A stretch of DNA of 64,000 nucleotides from Bacteroidales bacterium (GTDB taxonomy: Bacteria > Bacteroidota > Bacteroidia > Bacteroidales > JBGRPZ01). Each line of letters begins with the position of its first letter. Positions within the stretch are counted from its first letter, which is position 1. Where the stretch lies: NCBI GenBank assembly GCA_041725955.1, contig JBGRQE010000011.1:348-64347 (forward strand), in the 5' to 3' direction. The notes under the pieces were generated by a model, which was not told the origin of the DNA, did not search any database, and was given only the letters and a program-made list of their open reading frames with translations. The translations under genes were made by a program, and so were the position numbers. Positions 1-8,992 of this stretch are shown in pieces.

Positions 1-175
1 TTTTCATAGAAACATTCCATTTTCGGAAATATTTACGACTATAACAATCAAAACAATAATCCATAAGCCAATAGACATAGGTAAACCAGGATATGTTATA
101 TTTTATTTACGCTATCGGATAAATTTTATAAAATCATCCGCTTTTAAATAAAAATAAAAGATAACAAGGGTATAT

Positions 176-1735
176 TTACTCTTTTTTGATGACGGCGTTA
201 TTAAAAGATGAAGTCTTTTTCTTTTTAAAACAGAGAATTAATCCTGAAATAAATATAAAAACACAACTCAATCCTAATAATGGAACTATAAGAATATAGA
301 ACTTACCTAAAATAAATTGAAAGATACGCCCTGTATGAATTTCTAAAGCAAGGTTCCATAGAGACATTTTAGATTCATCAGATATTTTAGATGGCATTAT
401 TAATTCATTTGCTTCACCTCTCTTTATGCAGATTGCACCTTTATTATAATCAATATAAAACAATCCGGTTTTATTATCTCCAATTAATCCAACTGCCATA
501 TTTTTTCCTACAGGAGGACCTTTTTTCTGTACCTTGGGAGGTATACCAGAAAAATAATCTAAGACATAATCTTCTTCATTTGGTTCCCAAATATATAAAC
601 CTTGAAAAGAGCCAACCACAAGTCTATTTTCGAAATCCTTAGCGAGAACATTTATACCCATAACACTTATTGGAGGTTGTTCTTTTACCAAAATTGGCTT
701 ATCACTGAAATCTGATTTAAACTTATAAATCCCATTTGTTGTGCCCAACAAAATCAAATCAGACTCTTTGTCATAAAATATCTTTCGAATATTATCATAA
801 TAAGGGCTAGTATTATCTAAAACACTTCCTGGAATTTTATTTATCTTCTTTTCGGCAATAGGAATCAAAAGAGGAGGTCGAAGAAACATTCCTGTAACGG
901 ATACAATCAAAAGGAAAACAGCTAAATAAAGACCAATCTTTTTATGATATTTAAAATTCCACTTAAATCTCTTTATACATGCATCTTTCTTCTCTGCTTT
1001 CTTTTTTATTCGCTTTGGCAACCACCAAATTAAAATTCCACTAAAACAGAAGAAAAGTAAACTTAATCCAATTAAATCTACAAAGATCCGTCCCCAAAAG
1101 CCAAATAATGCACCACTATGAATCAACCAGATAGTTTTAAATAAAGAAACTTTTTTTAAATCTTGGTCATTTACTAATAAGGTGATCTTTTTTGAGGCTA
1201 ATAACCTATCATTCAAATCTATTTGAAATATATTTGAGCGGGAAGCAACAAATAAAAAATTATCTTTAATAGCTAAGTCAACAATCCTTAATTCATCATT
1301 TGCCCCTAAACAGAATAATTCCCACGGAGCACCCAATGACGTTTTATGAAATAAGCCAAAATTTGTCGCAGCAAAAAGAGATTCTTTATATTTTTTAATG
1401 GAATAGATTTTTCTACTATCACTTCCTTTGGGTAAACCATCATTAAAAGAATGAAATTCTGAAAAGGAGTTGTTTGTTAGAAAACATCCTTCTTCTCCAT
1501 AAAGAATTAATTGCTCTGAATTTATTCGTAAACCATCGCGCAGGCCAGCTTGATTCCACGAATTCATCTTATAATTGGAAGGCAAGTAACTACGAGGTAT
1601 ATCAACACCTCGAATTATATGACGATGATTTAATAATATGCCTGAAAGAACCCAAACAATAATAACACAAAATAAAGTTAAGGAAAACCATTTATGTATC
1701 CATTTGGCTTTCCTTTTTCTAATTTTCTTCTTCAA
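176..1735 (-). CDS. PepSY-associated TM-helix membrane protein (PiuB-like) with a large extracytoplasmic central region
   Basis: 519-aa ORF. Basic N-terminus plus TM helix (KWIHKWFSLTLFCVIIVWVLSGILLNHRH). Two further H-x-G + TM motifs (WLIHSGALFGFWGRIFVDLIGLSLL; LEIHTGRIFQFILGKFYILIV) are typical of the PepSY_TM family. The only possible start is TTG (caa on + strand at 1733-1735). It is the last co-directional gene of the hcp cluster, 26 nt after the upstream stop. Family assigned by recall only. Confidence 0.6.
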   Translation of the reverse strand: MKKKIRKRKAKWIHKWFSLTLFCVIIVWVLSGILLNHRHIIRGVDIPRSYLPSNYKMNSWNQAGLRDGLRINSEQLILYGEEGCFLTNNSFSEFHSFNDGLPKGSDSRKIYSIKKYKESLFAATNFGLFHKTSLGAPWELFCLGANDELRIVDLAIKDNFLFVASRSNIFQIDLNDRLLASKKITLLVNDQDLKKVSLFKTIWLIHSGALFGFWGRIFVDLIGLSLLFFCFSGILIWWLPKRIKKKAEKKDACIKRFKWNFKYHKKIGLYLAVFLLIVSVTGMFLRPPLLIPIAEKKINKIPGSVLDNTSPYYDNIRKIFYDKESDLILLGTTNGIYKFKSDFSDKPILVKEQPPISVMGINVLAKDFENRLVVGSFQGLYIWEPNEEDYVLDYFSGIPPKVQKKGPPVGKNMAVGLIGDNKTGLFYIDYNKGAICIKRGEANELIMPSKISDESKMSLWNLALEIHTGRIFQFILGKFYILIVPLLGLSCVFIFISGLILCFKKKKTSSFNNAVIKKE

Positions 1736-1761
1736 AACAAAAAATAATTGCCCAAAATAAA

Positions 1762-2010
1762 TTAATAAGCTTTCCCAGCTGCCATAACATTTGCAGGATC
1801 AAAGGCATGACATGGTGTTACTCCATAAACCATATCACAATTTGGACAGTGCTTTTCAAAAGTATCCATCAGAAAGTTAATTCCACAATCTTCACACTCC
1901 AAATCAAATGGCATTGGTAAAAATTGCTCATTAAACCCCATTCTTCTGAGTTTATCTACTATTTCCTTTCCATTGTCAAATTGGCCTGAACAACCTTCAT
2001 GTGAAACCAT
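1762..2010 (-). CDS. Small Cys-rich zinc-ribbon protein, function unknown (hcp-cluster member)
   Basis: 82-aa ORF with an ATG start. Two CxxC pairs (CEDCG ... HCPNCD) form a classical 4-Cys zinc ribbon, and there are two extra Cys. An AGGAGG-like sequence lies just upstream of the ATG. Co-directional with its neighbours, with 64-nt and 26-nt gaps. Confidence 0.6.
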   Translation of the reverse strand: MVSHEGCSGQFDNGKEIVDKLRRMGFNEQFLPMPFDLECEDCGINFLMDTFEKHCPNCDMVYGVTPCHAFDPANVMAAGKAY

Positions 2011-2074
2011 TTTCTTTCCTCCTATTTTTGATTACTATTATATAAATATTAACCGTTATTTTTAAGTAAACCCA

Positions 2075-3094
2075 TTATAGGTTTGATTCATTTAAACGCT
2101 CACCAGTCCTTAATAGTGTACGTAATCTTTGAATATATTCATCTGTTTTTTCAAGCTCCTTCAAAAGCTTTTTCTCTTCAGCGGTTGTTTTTATTACTTT
2201 ATGAATTCCTCCATTTTTTATAACAATACGCTTATCTCCCATCAAAGCAAGTATTGGATCGTGAGTTGCCATCAACACAATTTTTTCCTCACCTGTCAAT
2301 AAATTCAAAGCTTGCTTACGATCAATACCAGCATTTTCAATCTCATCAATTAATACTACTGGTGATTTACTTAAAATAGCAGTATCGGCAATCATCAAAG
2401 CTCTTGATTGTCCTCCTGATAATGAAGTAATGGGTCTTGTTGCATCAAATTTTTCTCCAGCAAGATTATTGGCAGCAATAATTATTTTTTCAATAACTTC
2501 CTCTTTATTGGAGATCATTCTACTTTCGGCATGCAAATCTAAAAATTCCTCAACGGATAAATCCATAACAAAGTTCATATTCTGAGACAGTTGAGCTACC
2601 AATTTCTGTCCGGCTGAAAATCTCCATTTTAAATCAGGAACCACATCATTAATTAGAATACTTCTAGAGGTAGGCGTATCTTTTTGGGCAACCCATTCTA
2701 TATCGCCTAACAGTCTGCTTTTTCCAGAACCTGTAGGCCCTACAATACAAACAATTTCACTTTGTAAAATTTCAAGAGACTCAAAATTCTCTGGATTTCC
2801 AGATTTATCAGTACCAGGCAGAATAGTCAGTGATTTTACATGATTACCATCACTTTCTCCCAAAAATTCTAGCATCTGATTTATATAATCCACCATTGAA
2901 GAAAGAATTCTTTCAGAATCAATAGCTTTATCTTCTCTTTCTTCTTCGTCTATTAATGCAATTGCCTGTTCTATAGTTCGATCTTCGTTGCCCTTAACTT
3001 CTAAAACATGATTATCAAAAAAAGATAATAAGAAAGGGTATTGACCTAATAACTCATTAAAAGTTGCTTCTTTTATATCATTTATTCTTATCAT
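2075..3094 (-). CDS. Soluble ABC-type ATPase with ~100-aa N-terminal extension; no cognate permease encoded nearby
   Basis: 339 aa. Walker A GPTGSGKS, ABC signature LSGGQSR, Walker B VVLIDEIE, H-loop ATHD. The N-terminal ~100 aa (ELLGQYPFLLSFFDNHVLEV...) tentatively resembles a Cys-less DUF1858-type domain. The start overlaps the upstream GTPase gene by 17 nt, suggesting translational coupling. Confidence 0.8.
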   Translation of the reverse strand: MIRINDIKEATFNELLGQYPFLLSFFDNHVLEVKGNEDRTIEQAIALIDEEEREDKAIDSERILSSMVDYINQMLEFLGESDGNHVKSLTILPGTDKSGNPENFESLEILQSEIVCIVGPTGSGKSRLLGDIEWVAQKDTPTSRSILINDVVPDLKWRFSAGQKLVAQLSQNMNFVMDLSVEEFLDLHAESRMISNKEEVIEKIIIAANNLAGEKFDATRPITSLSGGQSRALMIADTAILSKSPVVLIDEIENAGIDRKQALNLLTGEEKIVLMATHDPILALMGDKRIVIKNGGIHKVIKTTAEEKKLLKELEKTDEYIQRLRTLLRTGERLNESNL

Positions 3095-3788
3095 GATCCT
3101 TATCTATTTTCATCTTTCTTACATTACCCATTTGATAAGATTCTCCAATGCGAGTTTCCCCCAAACAATATGAACATAATGCTGAAGGCATTGGATACCG
3201 AAGTTTTTCTCCTTGTAAACTTTTTAATTTTTTATCACCATCATACATAAGAGTCGTTAATTCAAACGCCCCTTGTCCTGTTAAACCATTAACATTTAAT
3301 ATAACAGCTTTGGGATTCACCAAATTTACTCTGGAAGAAAAAACTTCTCTTTCTGCTTGACTTACAATATCACCCTTTGTAATAACACATATATCTGCAG
3401 TCTTGAGCATTGGCCCGATTTTTTTAGGAGTATTTACTCCACTTAAATTATCGATGACACAAACTGCCAATATATTATTTATGTATGGAGAACAACGATT
3501 GCATAAGCCTGCACTTTCGGTAATTAGTAAATCTAAGTTCTCTTTTATTCCCCACTGCACTACTTCTTCAATATTTGAAACAAAATAATGATCGGGACAT
3601 AATGATCCAGATAAACCTTTCTTCACCTTAACTTTAGCCTTTTCATACAGTAAATCATCATCGGTATGAAGACAATCAAACTTAACCACTCCCACTTCTA
3701 ATTTTCTTGCTCTAAAAGACTCTATAGTTTTTAGAATCACAGATGTTTTACCTGAAGAAGGAGGCCCTGAAACAGTTACAAGATTCAT
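3078..3788 (-). CDS. P-loop GTPase of the G3E (UreG/HypB/CobW-like) metallochaperone type
   Basis: 236 aa. Walker A GPPSSGKT, Walker B-like LLITESAG (compare ESGG/ENVG of UreG/HypB), NKxD-like TKGD. Cys/His motifs CPDH (reminiscent of the UreG CPH motif), CNRC and CSYC. The start lies 3 nt after the stop of the upstream gene. Confidence 0.7.
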   Translation of the reverse strand: MNLVTVSGPPSSGKTSVILKTIESFRARKLEVGVVKFDCLHTDDDLLYEKAKVKVKKGLSGSLCPDHYFVSNIEEVVQWGIKENLDLLITESAGLCNRCSPYINNILAVCVIDNLSGVNTPKKIGPMLKTADICVITKGDIVSQAEREVFSSRVNLVNPKAVILNVNGLTGQGAFELTTLMYDGDKKLKSLQGEKLRYPMPSALCSYCLGETRIGESYQMGNVRKMKIDKDHDKNK

Positions 3789-3791
3789 GCT

Positions 3792-5012
3792 CTATTCTTT
3801 TAATCCCTGATTAAAAATATTTTCACACTTATTTACCAATGCTTGAATATTATTCTGATAGATAAAATCCCAGCCTATCCAATTATATTTCTTTGTTGGC
3901 TCAATTTTATTATCTACTTCAGGATGAGTAGAAGGAAACAAACCTTGGTGACTCATTAACTCACCAACAGTTTTTGAACAAAACAAATCAATAATTTCAC
4001 TAAATCCTTTTTTATTTGAAGATTTTGTAAGCATAAATATAGGACTTACAATTGCACCATCTTCGGGCCATATAGCCTTCATTACACCTCCTTCTTTAAC
4101 CATCTTTGTAAAGAAATAAGGCATAATAGTAATTGCAGGGCGAGCACCTTGCTTTTTATGCGATTTAACCATTTGTGATGGGTGCATATCTACCATTAAT
4201 GAACGACCTAATTTTTTTAGAGACTCCTCTCCATATAATTTATATAGGCTTAATAATATGGCGTTAAATAAGTCAAAATCACCGATTGGAAGACTTACAC
4301 TTTTTTCATATTCAGGAGATAAAATATCTTGCCAGGTTTTAGGAATCTTACGTCCATTAAGTTCCTTTTCATTTACAAGAAAGACAGCAGGAACTACACC
4401 TAATACAGAATAATGATTCATAGGATCGCGCAGATCAATATAATCATTCTGAAAATCAGGATTAAGATTTTTATAAGGCATTTGTGCAGAAAAAACATTA
4501 TCGCTTTTAAATCTACCTAATTTAGCCTCATCAAAAAACATATCAAATCCTGCGGAAATATACATATCGGCAATATCTTCTGCTTTTTTTGATGGATTCC
4601 AATCATCTTTCAACCAATCTACTCCCATAGAAGCAGCCTGGAGTTCAAAACGAACTTTATTTCCTTTTGCGATAAACTTTTCTGTAAACTGCTCAACCTG
4701 TTCACTTAAAGGAAGACGTATTGGACATGGAAGTAAGCCCTTAACCAGAATTTCGTCTTTATCCTTATGCCCTGTTTTTAATAACTCTGCATGATCATCA
4801 ATAGCACTCTCTAATAATGAAACAAAAGAAGATAAGTCGATCTGACGAAATCCTGCAGCAACCTCCAAGGTAATTTTTGCACCAAAAAGTTTTCGCTTTT
4901 CAGGATCTTCCATCTGAGGAAAACCATTAGCTTTAAAAACAGTTATTGTTTCAGGAAACTTCTCTGTAATTTCCAATAAAGTATCTGTAGTTTGAAATCG
5001 TTTATCTGTCAT
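3792..5012 (-). CDS. DUF1858 (hybrid-cluster-protein-associated domain) fused to a periplasmic-binding-protein-like fold; apparently cytoplasmic
   Basis: 406 aa. The N-terminal ~70 aa (TLLEITEKFPETITVFKANGF...ITLEVAAGFRQIDLSSFVSLLESA) matches my recollection of DUF1858. The remainder (LLPCPIRLPL...) resembles iron-type ABC substrate-binding proteins. No signal peptide or lipobox. Sits directly downstream of hcp (70-nt gap). Confidence 0.65.
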   Translation of the reverse strand: MTDKRFQTTDTLLEITEKFPETITVFKANGFPQMEDPEKRKLFGAKITLEVAAGFRQIDLSSFVSLLESAIDDHAELLKTGHKDKDEILVKGLLPCPIRLPLSEQVEQFTEKFIAKGNKVRFELQAASMGVDWLKDDWNPSKKAEDIADMYISAGFDMFFDEAKLGRFKSDNVFSAQMPYKNLNPDFQNDYIDLRDPMNHYSVLGVVPAVFLVNEKELNGRKIPKTWQDILSPEYEKSVSLPIGDFDLFNAILLSLYKLYGEESLKKLGRSLMVDMHPSQMVKSHKKQGARPAITIMPYFFTKMVKEGGVMKAIWPEDGAIVSPIFMLTKSSNKKGFSEIIDLFCSKTVGELMSHQGLFPSTHPEVDNKIEPTKKYNWIGWDFIYQNNIQALVNKCENIFNQGLKE

Positions 5013-5082
5013 ATTTTATCTTAAATAAAAGAGAAATGGAGAAAGAAACAAAAGCTCTACTTCCTCCATTTCTTTATATTAA

Positions 5083-6729
5083 CTAGGCCATAAACATTTT
5101 AATGTCTTCATCTACTTCTCCAATACCAGCAATACCAAAGTTATCTACTAGAACTTTAGCTACATTTGGTGATAAGAAAGCAGGTAAAGTTGGACCTAAA
5201 TGAATATTTTTCACACCTAGATACAAAAGAGCCAGCAATACAATCACAGCCTTTTGCTCATACCATGCAATATTATAAGCAATTGGTAACTCATTTATAT
5301 CATTCAATTCAAATACTTCTTTTAGCTTTAAAGCAATAACAGCTAATGAATAAGAATCATTGCATTGCCCTGCATCAAGAACTCTAGGAATACCGCCTAT
5401 ATCACCTAGTGGTAACTTATTATATCGGTATTTTGCACATCCAGCAGTTAATATTACAGTATCTTTAGGTAATTTTGAAGCAAACTCTTCGTAATAATCA
5501 CGATCTTTCATACGACCATCACATCCTGCCATTACAAAAAACTTCTTAATAGCACCAGTTTTAACTGCATCAACAACCTTATCAGCCAATTCAATTACCT
5601 GATTATGAGCAAAACCTCCAACAATTTCACCAGTTTCTATCTCCTTTGGAGATTGGCATTTTTTAGCCAATTCAATAATAGCTGAAAAATCTTTCATCTC
5701 GCCATCCTTACGTTCCGGAATATGAGGATAGTTTGGAAATCCTGCAGCTCCTGTAGTAAAAACTTTATCAGCATAAGAAGCACTCTTTTTAGGCGGCACT
5801 ATACAGTTAGTAGTAAACAAAATAGGTCCGTTAAAGCTTTCAAACTCTTCCTTTTGTTTCCACCATGCATTACCATAGTTTCCTACTAAATGCTTATATT
5901 TTTTTAACTGTGGGTAGTAATGTGCTGGTAACATCTCACTATGAGTATATACATCTACTCCAGTCCCATCAGTTTGCTTTAGTAAATCCTCAATGTCTCT
6001 TAAATCATGACCACTTACAAGAATACCAGGATTATTTTTTACTCCTAAATTAACTTTGGTAATTTCAGGATTGCCATATCTAGCAGTATGAGCAGCATCT
6101 AAAAGAGCCATAACCTCAACACCAAACTTACCTGCTTCTAATACTAAAGCAACTAACTCGTCTGCACCTAAATCATCATTGGTTGTAGAAACAAGAGCTT
6201 TTTGCATAAAAGCATAAATGTCATCTTTATTTGATCCTAGATTTGAGGCATGCTCAGCATAAGCAGCCAATCCTTTTACTCCATAAATCAACAATTCTCT
6301 TAAAGAGCGAATATCTTCATTTTCAGTAAGGAGAATCCCTACTTCAACTGCTTTAGTAGCAAAATCTTTTTCTGAGCCTACCCATGTAGCGCATTCTGGT
6401 ATATTTTGCAAATCGCAATTATTTTCTTTGGCTTGATTTGCAAGGTTTTCTTTTAAAGCAAGTGCTTTATTTATTTTTTCTACAAATGCTTTATCATCAA
6501 AATTGGCATTGGTAATTGTAGCAAAAAGAGATTCCATAACAAAATGGTCAGTCTCAGGAGAAGAAACTCCCTTTTCACGTAACTTGGAAGAATAAACAGA
6601 AATTCCTCTTAGGGTATACAACAATAAATCTTGAAGATTACTAACATCTTCATTTTTTCCACAAACACCTTTAATGGTACATCCAATTCCTTTAGAGGCT
6701 TCTTGACATTGATAGCAAAACATACTCAT
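5083..6729 (-). CDS. hcp: Hybrid cluster protein (hydroxylamine/NO reductase)
   Basis: 548 aa. Diagnostic N-terminal Cys motif [23 protein letters not shown], and length and overall sequence typical of class I/III Hcp. ATG start confirmed at 6727-6729 (cat on + strand). Confidence 0.95.
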   Translation of the reverse strand: MSMFCYQCQEASKGIGCTIKGVCGKNEDVSNLQDLLLYTLRGISVYSSKLREKGVSSPETDHFVMESLFATITNANFDDKAFVEKINKALALKENLANQAKENNCDLQNIPECATWVGSEKDFATKAVEVGILLTENEDIRSLRELLIYGVKGLAAYAEHASNLGSNKDDIYAFMQKALVSTTNDDLGADELVALVLEAGKFGVEVMALLDAAHTARYGNPEITKVNLGVKNNPGILVSGHDLRDIEDLLKQTDGTGVDVYTHSEMLPAHYYPQLKKYKHLVGNYGNAWWKQKEEFESFNGPILFTTNCIVPPKKSASYADKVFTTGAAGFPNYPHIPERKDGEMKDFSAIIELAKKCQSPKEIETGEIVGGFAHNQVIELADKVVDAVKTGAIKKFFVMAGCDGRMKDRDYYEEFASKLPKDTVILTAGCAKYRYNKLPLGDIGGIPRVLDAGQCNDSYSLAVIALKLKEVFELNDINELPIAYNIAWYEQKAVIVLLALLYLGVKNIHLGPTLPAFLSPNVAKVLVDNFGIAGIGEVDEDIKMFMA

Positions 6730-6804
6730 TATAAAAACCTTTTTAAATGTGAACTATTCTTCTTTTAACTTGAGCAATACAGTTTATGTTTTAAGAATTT
6801 AGGT

Positions 6805-6820
6805 ATTGCATTGCGCAAAT
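6805..6820. promoter_or_regulatory. Candidate operator: imperfect dyad TTGCA-ttg-CGCAA upstream of hcp
   Basis: Sequence attgcattgcgcaaat lies ~75-90 nt upstream of the hcp ATG. It shares the TATTGCA / TGCAA half-site with the dyad upstream of the Rrf2 gene (7407-7430). No canonical TAnnTTTG box was found upstream of hcp. Confidence 0.2.
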
Positions 6821-6943
6821 TAAATATCTTTTATCGTAAGAAACAAGAATTAAGGTAATAAATTACCTAAATATAATTGTTTAAATACAGTTTAAATAAC
6901 AAGACTTACGCTAATTTGTTTGATTTACAACACTTTTACCCAA

Positions 6944-7342
6944 TCACAAGAAAGATTCTAAGGTCTGACTAGCAAGATATTCTTTGTACTGTAGTGTCAT
7001 CTTGCTCGTAATATTATTCATTATACACTTCTCAAAAGGACAAATTTGCTTATCTAATGGACAGGCATTAATCTCTATTTTTCCCTCAATAGCTTCATAT
7101 ATTTCTAGAAGAGTAACTTCACTAGCATTTTTTTTTAAGAAAAAACCACCTGAAGGCCCCCGCAAAGAGTTCACAATATTTTCTTTAACCAATCTTTGAA
7201 AAACTTTTGCTACGTGGTGTCTTGAACTTCCTGTTTTTTCGGCAATATGAGTTACATTCATCATTTCTTTGGATCTTGCAACCAAGATCATTCCGTGTAA
7301 AGCAATTGAAGCCGCCTCTGACAAGGTAAATATTTTTGCCAT
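6944..7342 (-). CDS. Rrf2-family transcriptional regulator (NsrR/IscR-like, probable Fe-S sensor)
   Basis: 132 aa. The N-terminal wHTH is typical of Rrf2 (ALHGMILVARS...THIAEKTGSSRHHVAKVFQRLVKENIV). A C-terminal three-Cys cluster (CPLDKQICPFEKC) sits where IscR/NsrR ligate their cluster. Same strand as hcp and immediately upstream of it. Confidence 0.85.
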   Translation of the reverse strand: MAKIFTLSEAASIALHGMILVARSKEMMNVTHIAEKTGSSRHHVAKVFQRLVKENIVNSLRGPSGGFFLKKNASEVTLLEIYEAIEGKIEINACPLDKQICPFEKCIMNNITSKMTLQYKEYLASQTLESFL

Positions 7343-7406
7343 TTTGTATATAAAGTATTTAAATGCCTAATTTGTAATAAAAAAAATAAATCTGCCAACA
7401 AAACGA

Positions 7407-7430
7407 TACTGCAATTAAGATATTGCAATA
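7407..7430. promoter_or_regulatory. Candidate Rrf2 operator: inverted repeat TACTGCAAT-N6-ATTGCAATA
   Basis: 9-bp arms with 8/9 complementary (7407-7415 vs 7422-7430). Located in the divergent spacer between the Rrf2 gene (start 7342) and the His-rich transporter gene (start 7637). Confidence 0.3.
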
Positions 7431-7612
7431 CTTAAATGTATGAATTATGAGGTACCTACTATTTTTTATAGAAAATACTCAAATCAAAAAGTAAAAACTT
7501 CGACAAATTAGAGAATTAATTCTAACTTCCATTATATGTTTAAAGAAAAATATACAATCACTTAAATTTACCAACATTTAGGTATATATTTCAAAAAGCA
7601 AAAGATAAAAAT

Positions 7613-7620
7613 TATTTTTG
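7613..7620 (+). promoter_or_regulatory. Bacteroidetes-type -7 promoter box TATTTTTG
   Basis: Exact match to TAnnTTTG, 17 nt upstream of the ATG at 7637. No clear -33 TTTG. Confidence 0.35.
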
Positions 7621-7636
7621 CAGAAAATCACTCTCT

Positions 7637-8842
7637 ATGTTACCGGAAATTATACAACAAACAATAATCATTACAGCCTTTGTCCTGGTTATGATGCTTC
7701 TAATTGAGTTTCTCAATGTGCAATCAAAAGGAAAATGGTTTACCAGTTTAAGTAAAAAACCATTTTTACAAAACATTACAGGCATTATTTTAGGTGGTTT
7801 GCCTGGATGTCTGGGATCTTATACTGCAGTATCACTTTATTCACACAAAAGCATAAATTTTGCTGCTCTGTTAACAACAATGATTGTAACAACAGGAGAT
7901 GAAGCATTTCTTATGTTATCCTTAATTCCAAATAGTTATTTAAAGCTAACCGTAATCTTAATTCTCATAGCTATAATTGTAAGTTTTATTTTTGTAAAAC
8001 TCAATATTTCGTTTAAACGAAAAGTTTCAAATCAACATTCGTTTGAAATTCATCATGAACATCATGACCCTATAAACTGGAAAAAAATAAAAACCTTTAA
8101 ACAAATTAAAAACATTAGCTTTCCCAGAGCTATACTTTTAATTGCCCTAGCTTTATTTTTATGGGGAATAATTAGTGGTGGAATTCAACATACACATAAT
8201 TTCTTCTCTGCAAATGATTCAGCAACAAATCAACAGAAGGAAATAATTAATACTCACCAAGAGCACAATCATGCTGTAGAACATAATCACTCTACAGAGC
8301 ACAATCATTCATTAAATGATAAGAACTTAGCAATTGAAAATAATACTCTCGAAACTCATAATATTCCTCACGAACATCAGCATTCTAAATGGAATTGGTT
8401 TTCTATAACTCTACTTTGTATCTCTGTATTTGCTTTTGTTTTAATATTTATTGTTCCAGATCATTTCCTTGAAGAACATTTATGGAATCATATAATTAAA
8501 AAGCATGCCTTGAAAATTTTTCTATGGACATTAATTATTCTTATAGCTATTCATTATTTAGAACAACACTTAGAGCTAAGTTCATGGATTAGTAATAATT
8601 ACTATAAAGTACTTATTCTAGCCCTATTGATTGGAATCATACCCGAATCTGGCCCCCACTACTTCTTTATATTATTATTTTCTCAAGGCAGTATTCCTTT
8701 TTCCATATTACTTGCTAATTCCATAGTTCAAGATGGACATGGTTCTTTACCCCTTCTGGCTGAATCTAAGATAGGATTTATTCAGGTTAAAGGAATTAAA
8801 TTTTGTATTGGACTAATTTTAGGAATAATCGGTGGATTATAA
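7637..8842 (+). CDS. Polytopic membrane protein, putative 10-TM heavy-metal/Mn exporter (ArsP_2-like) with His-rich cytoplasmic loop
   Basis: 401 aa in two hydrophobic halves, separated by a hydrophilic His-rich loop (HEHHDPINW ... HQEHNHAVEHNHSTEHNHS ... HNIPHEHQHSKW). Motifs GGLPGCLGSY, TTGDEAF, IPESGPHYFF and QDGHGSLPLLAES recall the ArsP_2 / putative manganese transporter family. Assignment is from memory. Confidence 0.5.
   Translation: MLPEIIQQTIIITAFVLVMMLLIEFLNVQSKGKWFTSLSKKPFLQNITGIILGGLPGCLGSYTAVSLYSHKSINFAALLTTMIVTTGDEAFLMLSLIPNSYLKLTVILILIAIIVSFIFVKLNISFKRKVSNQHSFEIHHEHHDPINWKKIKTFKQIKNISFPRAILLIALALFLWGIISGGIQHTHNFFSANDSATNQQKEIINTHQEHNHAVEHNHSTEHNHSLNDKNLAIENNTLETHNIPHEHQHSKWNWFSITLLCISVFAFVLIFIVPDHFLEEHLWNHIIKKHALKIFLWTLIILIAIHYLEQHLELSSWISNNYYKVLILALLIGIIPESGPHYFFILLFSQGSIPFSILLANSIVQDGHGSLPLLAESKIGFIQVKGIKFCIGLILGIIGGL
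8261..8314 (+). repeat. In-frame 3 x 18-bp tandem repeat encoding (E-H-N-H-x-x)3
   Basis: The units are gagcacaatcatgctgta / gaacataatcactctaca / gagcacaatcattcatta, read directly. They are in frame with the 7637 ORF (offset 624 nt). Confidence 0.85.
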
Positions 8843-8992
8843 AATCCATAATTAAAAGGAGAGAAAAAATTACTGAAAAATATACAAGACAATAGAATAT
8901 CAAGTTATTTAGATAAGCTACTGAGCTACAGCCATATTATCCAAAAAAATAATATCTTTAGAAAAGAAAACTAAAGATCTAAAATTGTAAAT

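Noticed and set aside
1-175. Possible gene start at the left edge (cat at 5-7 on the + strand)
   Set aside because: Only two codons would lie inside the window, so it cannot be supported.
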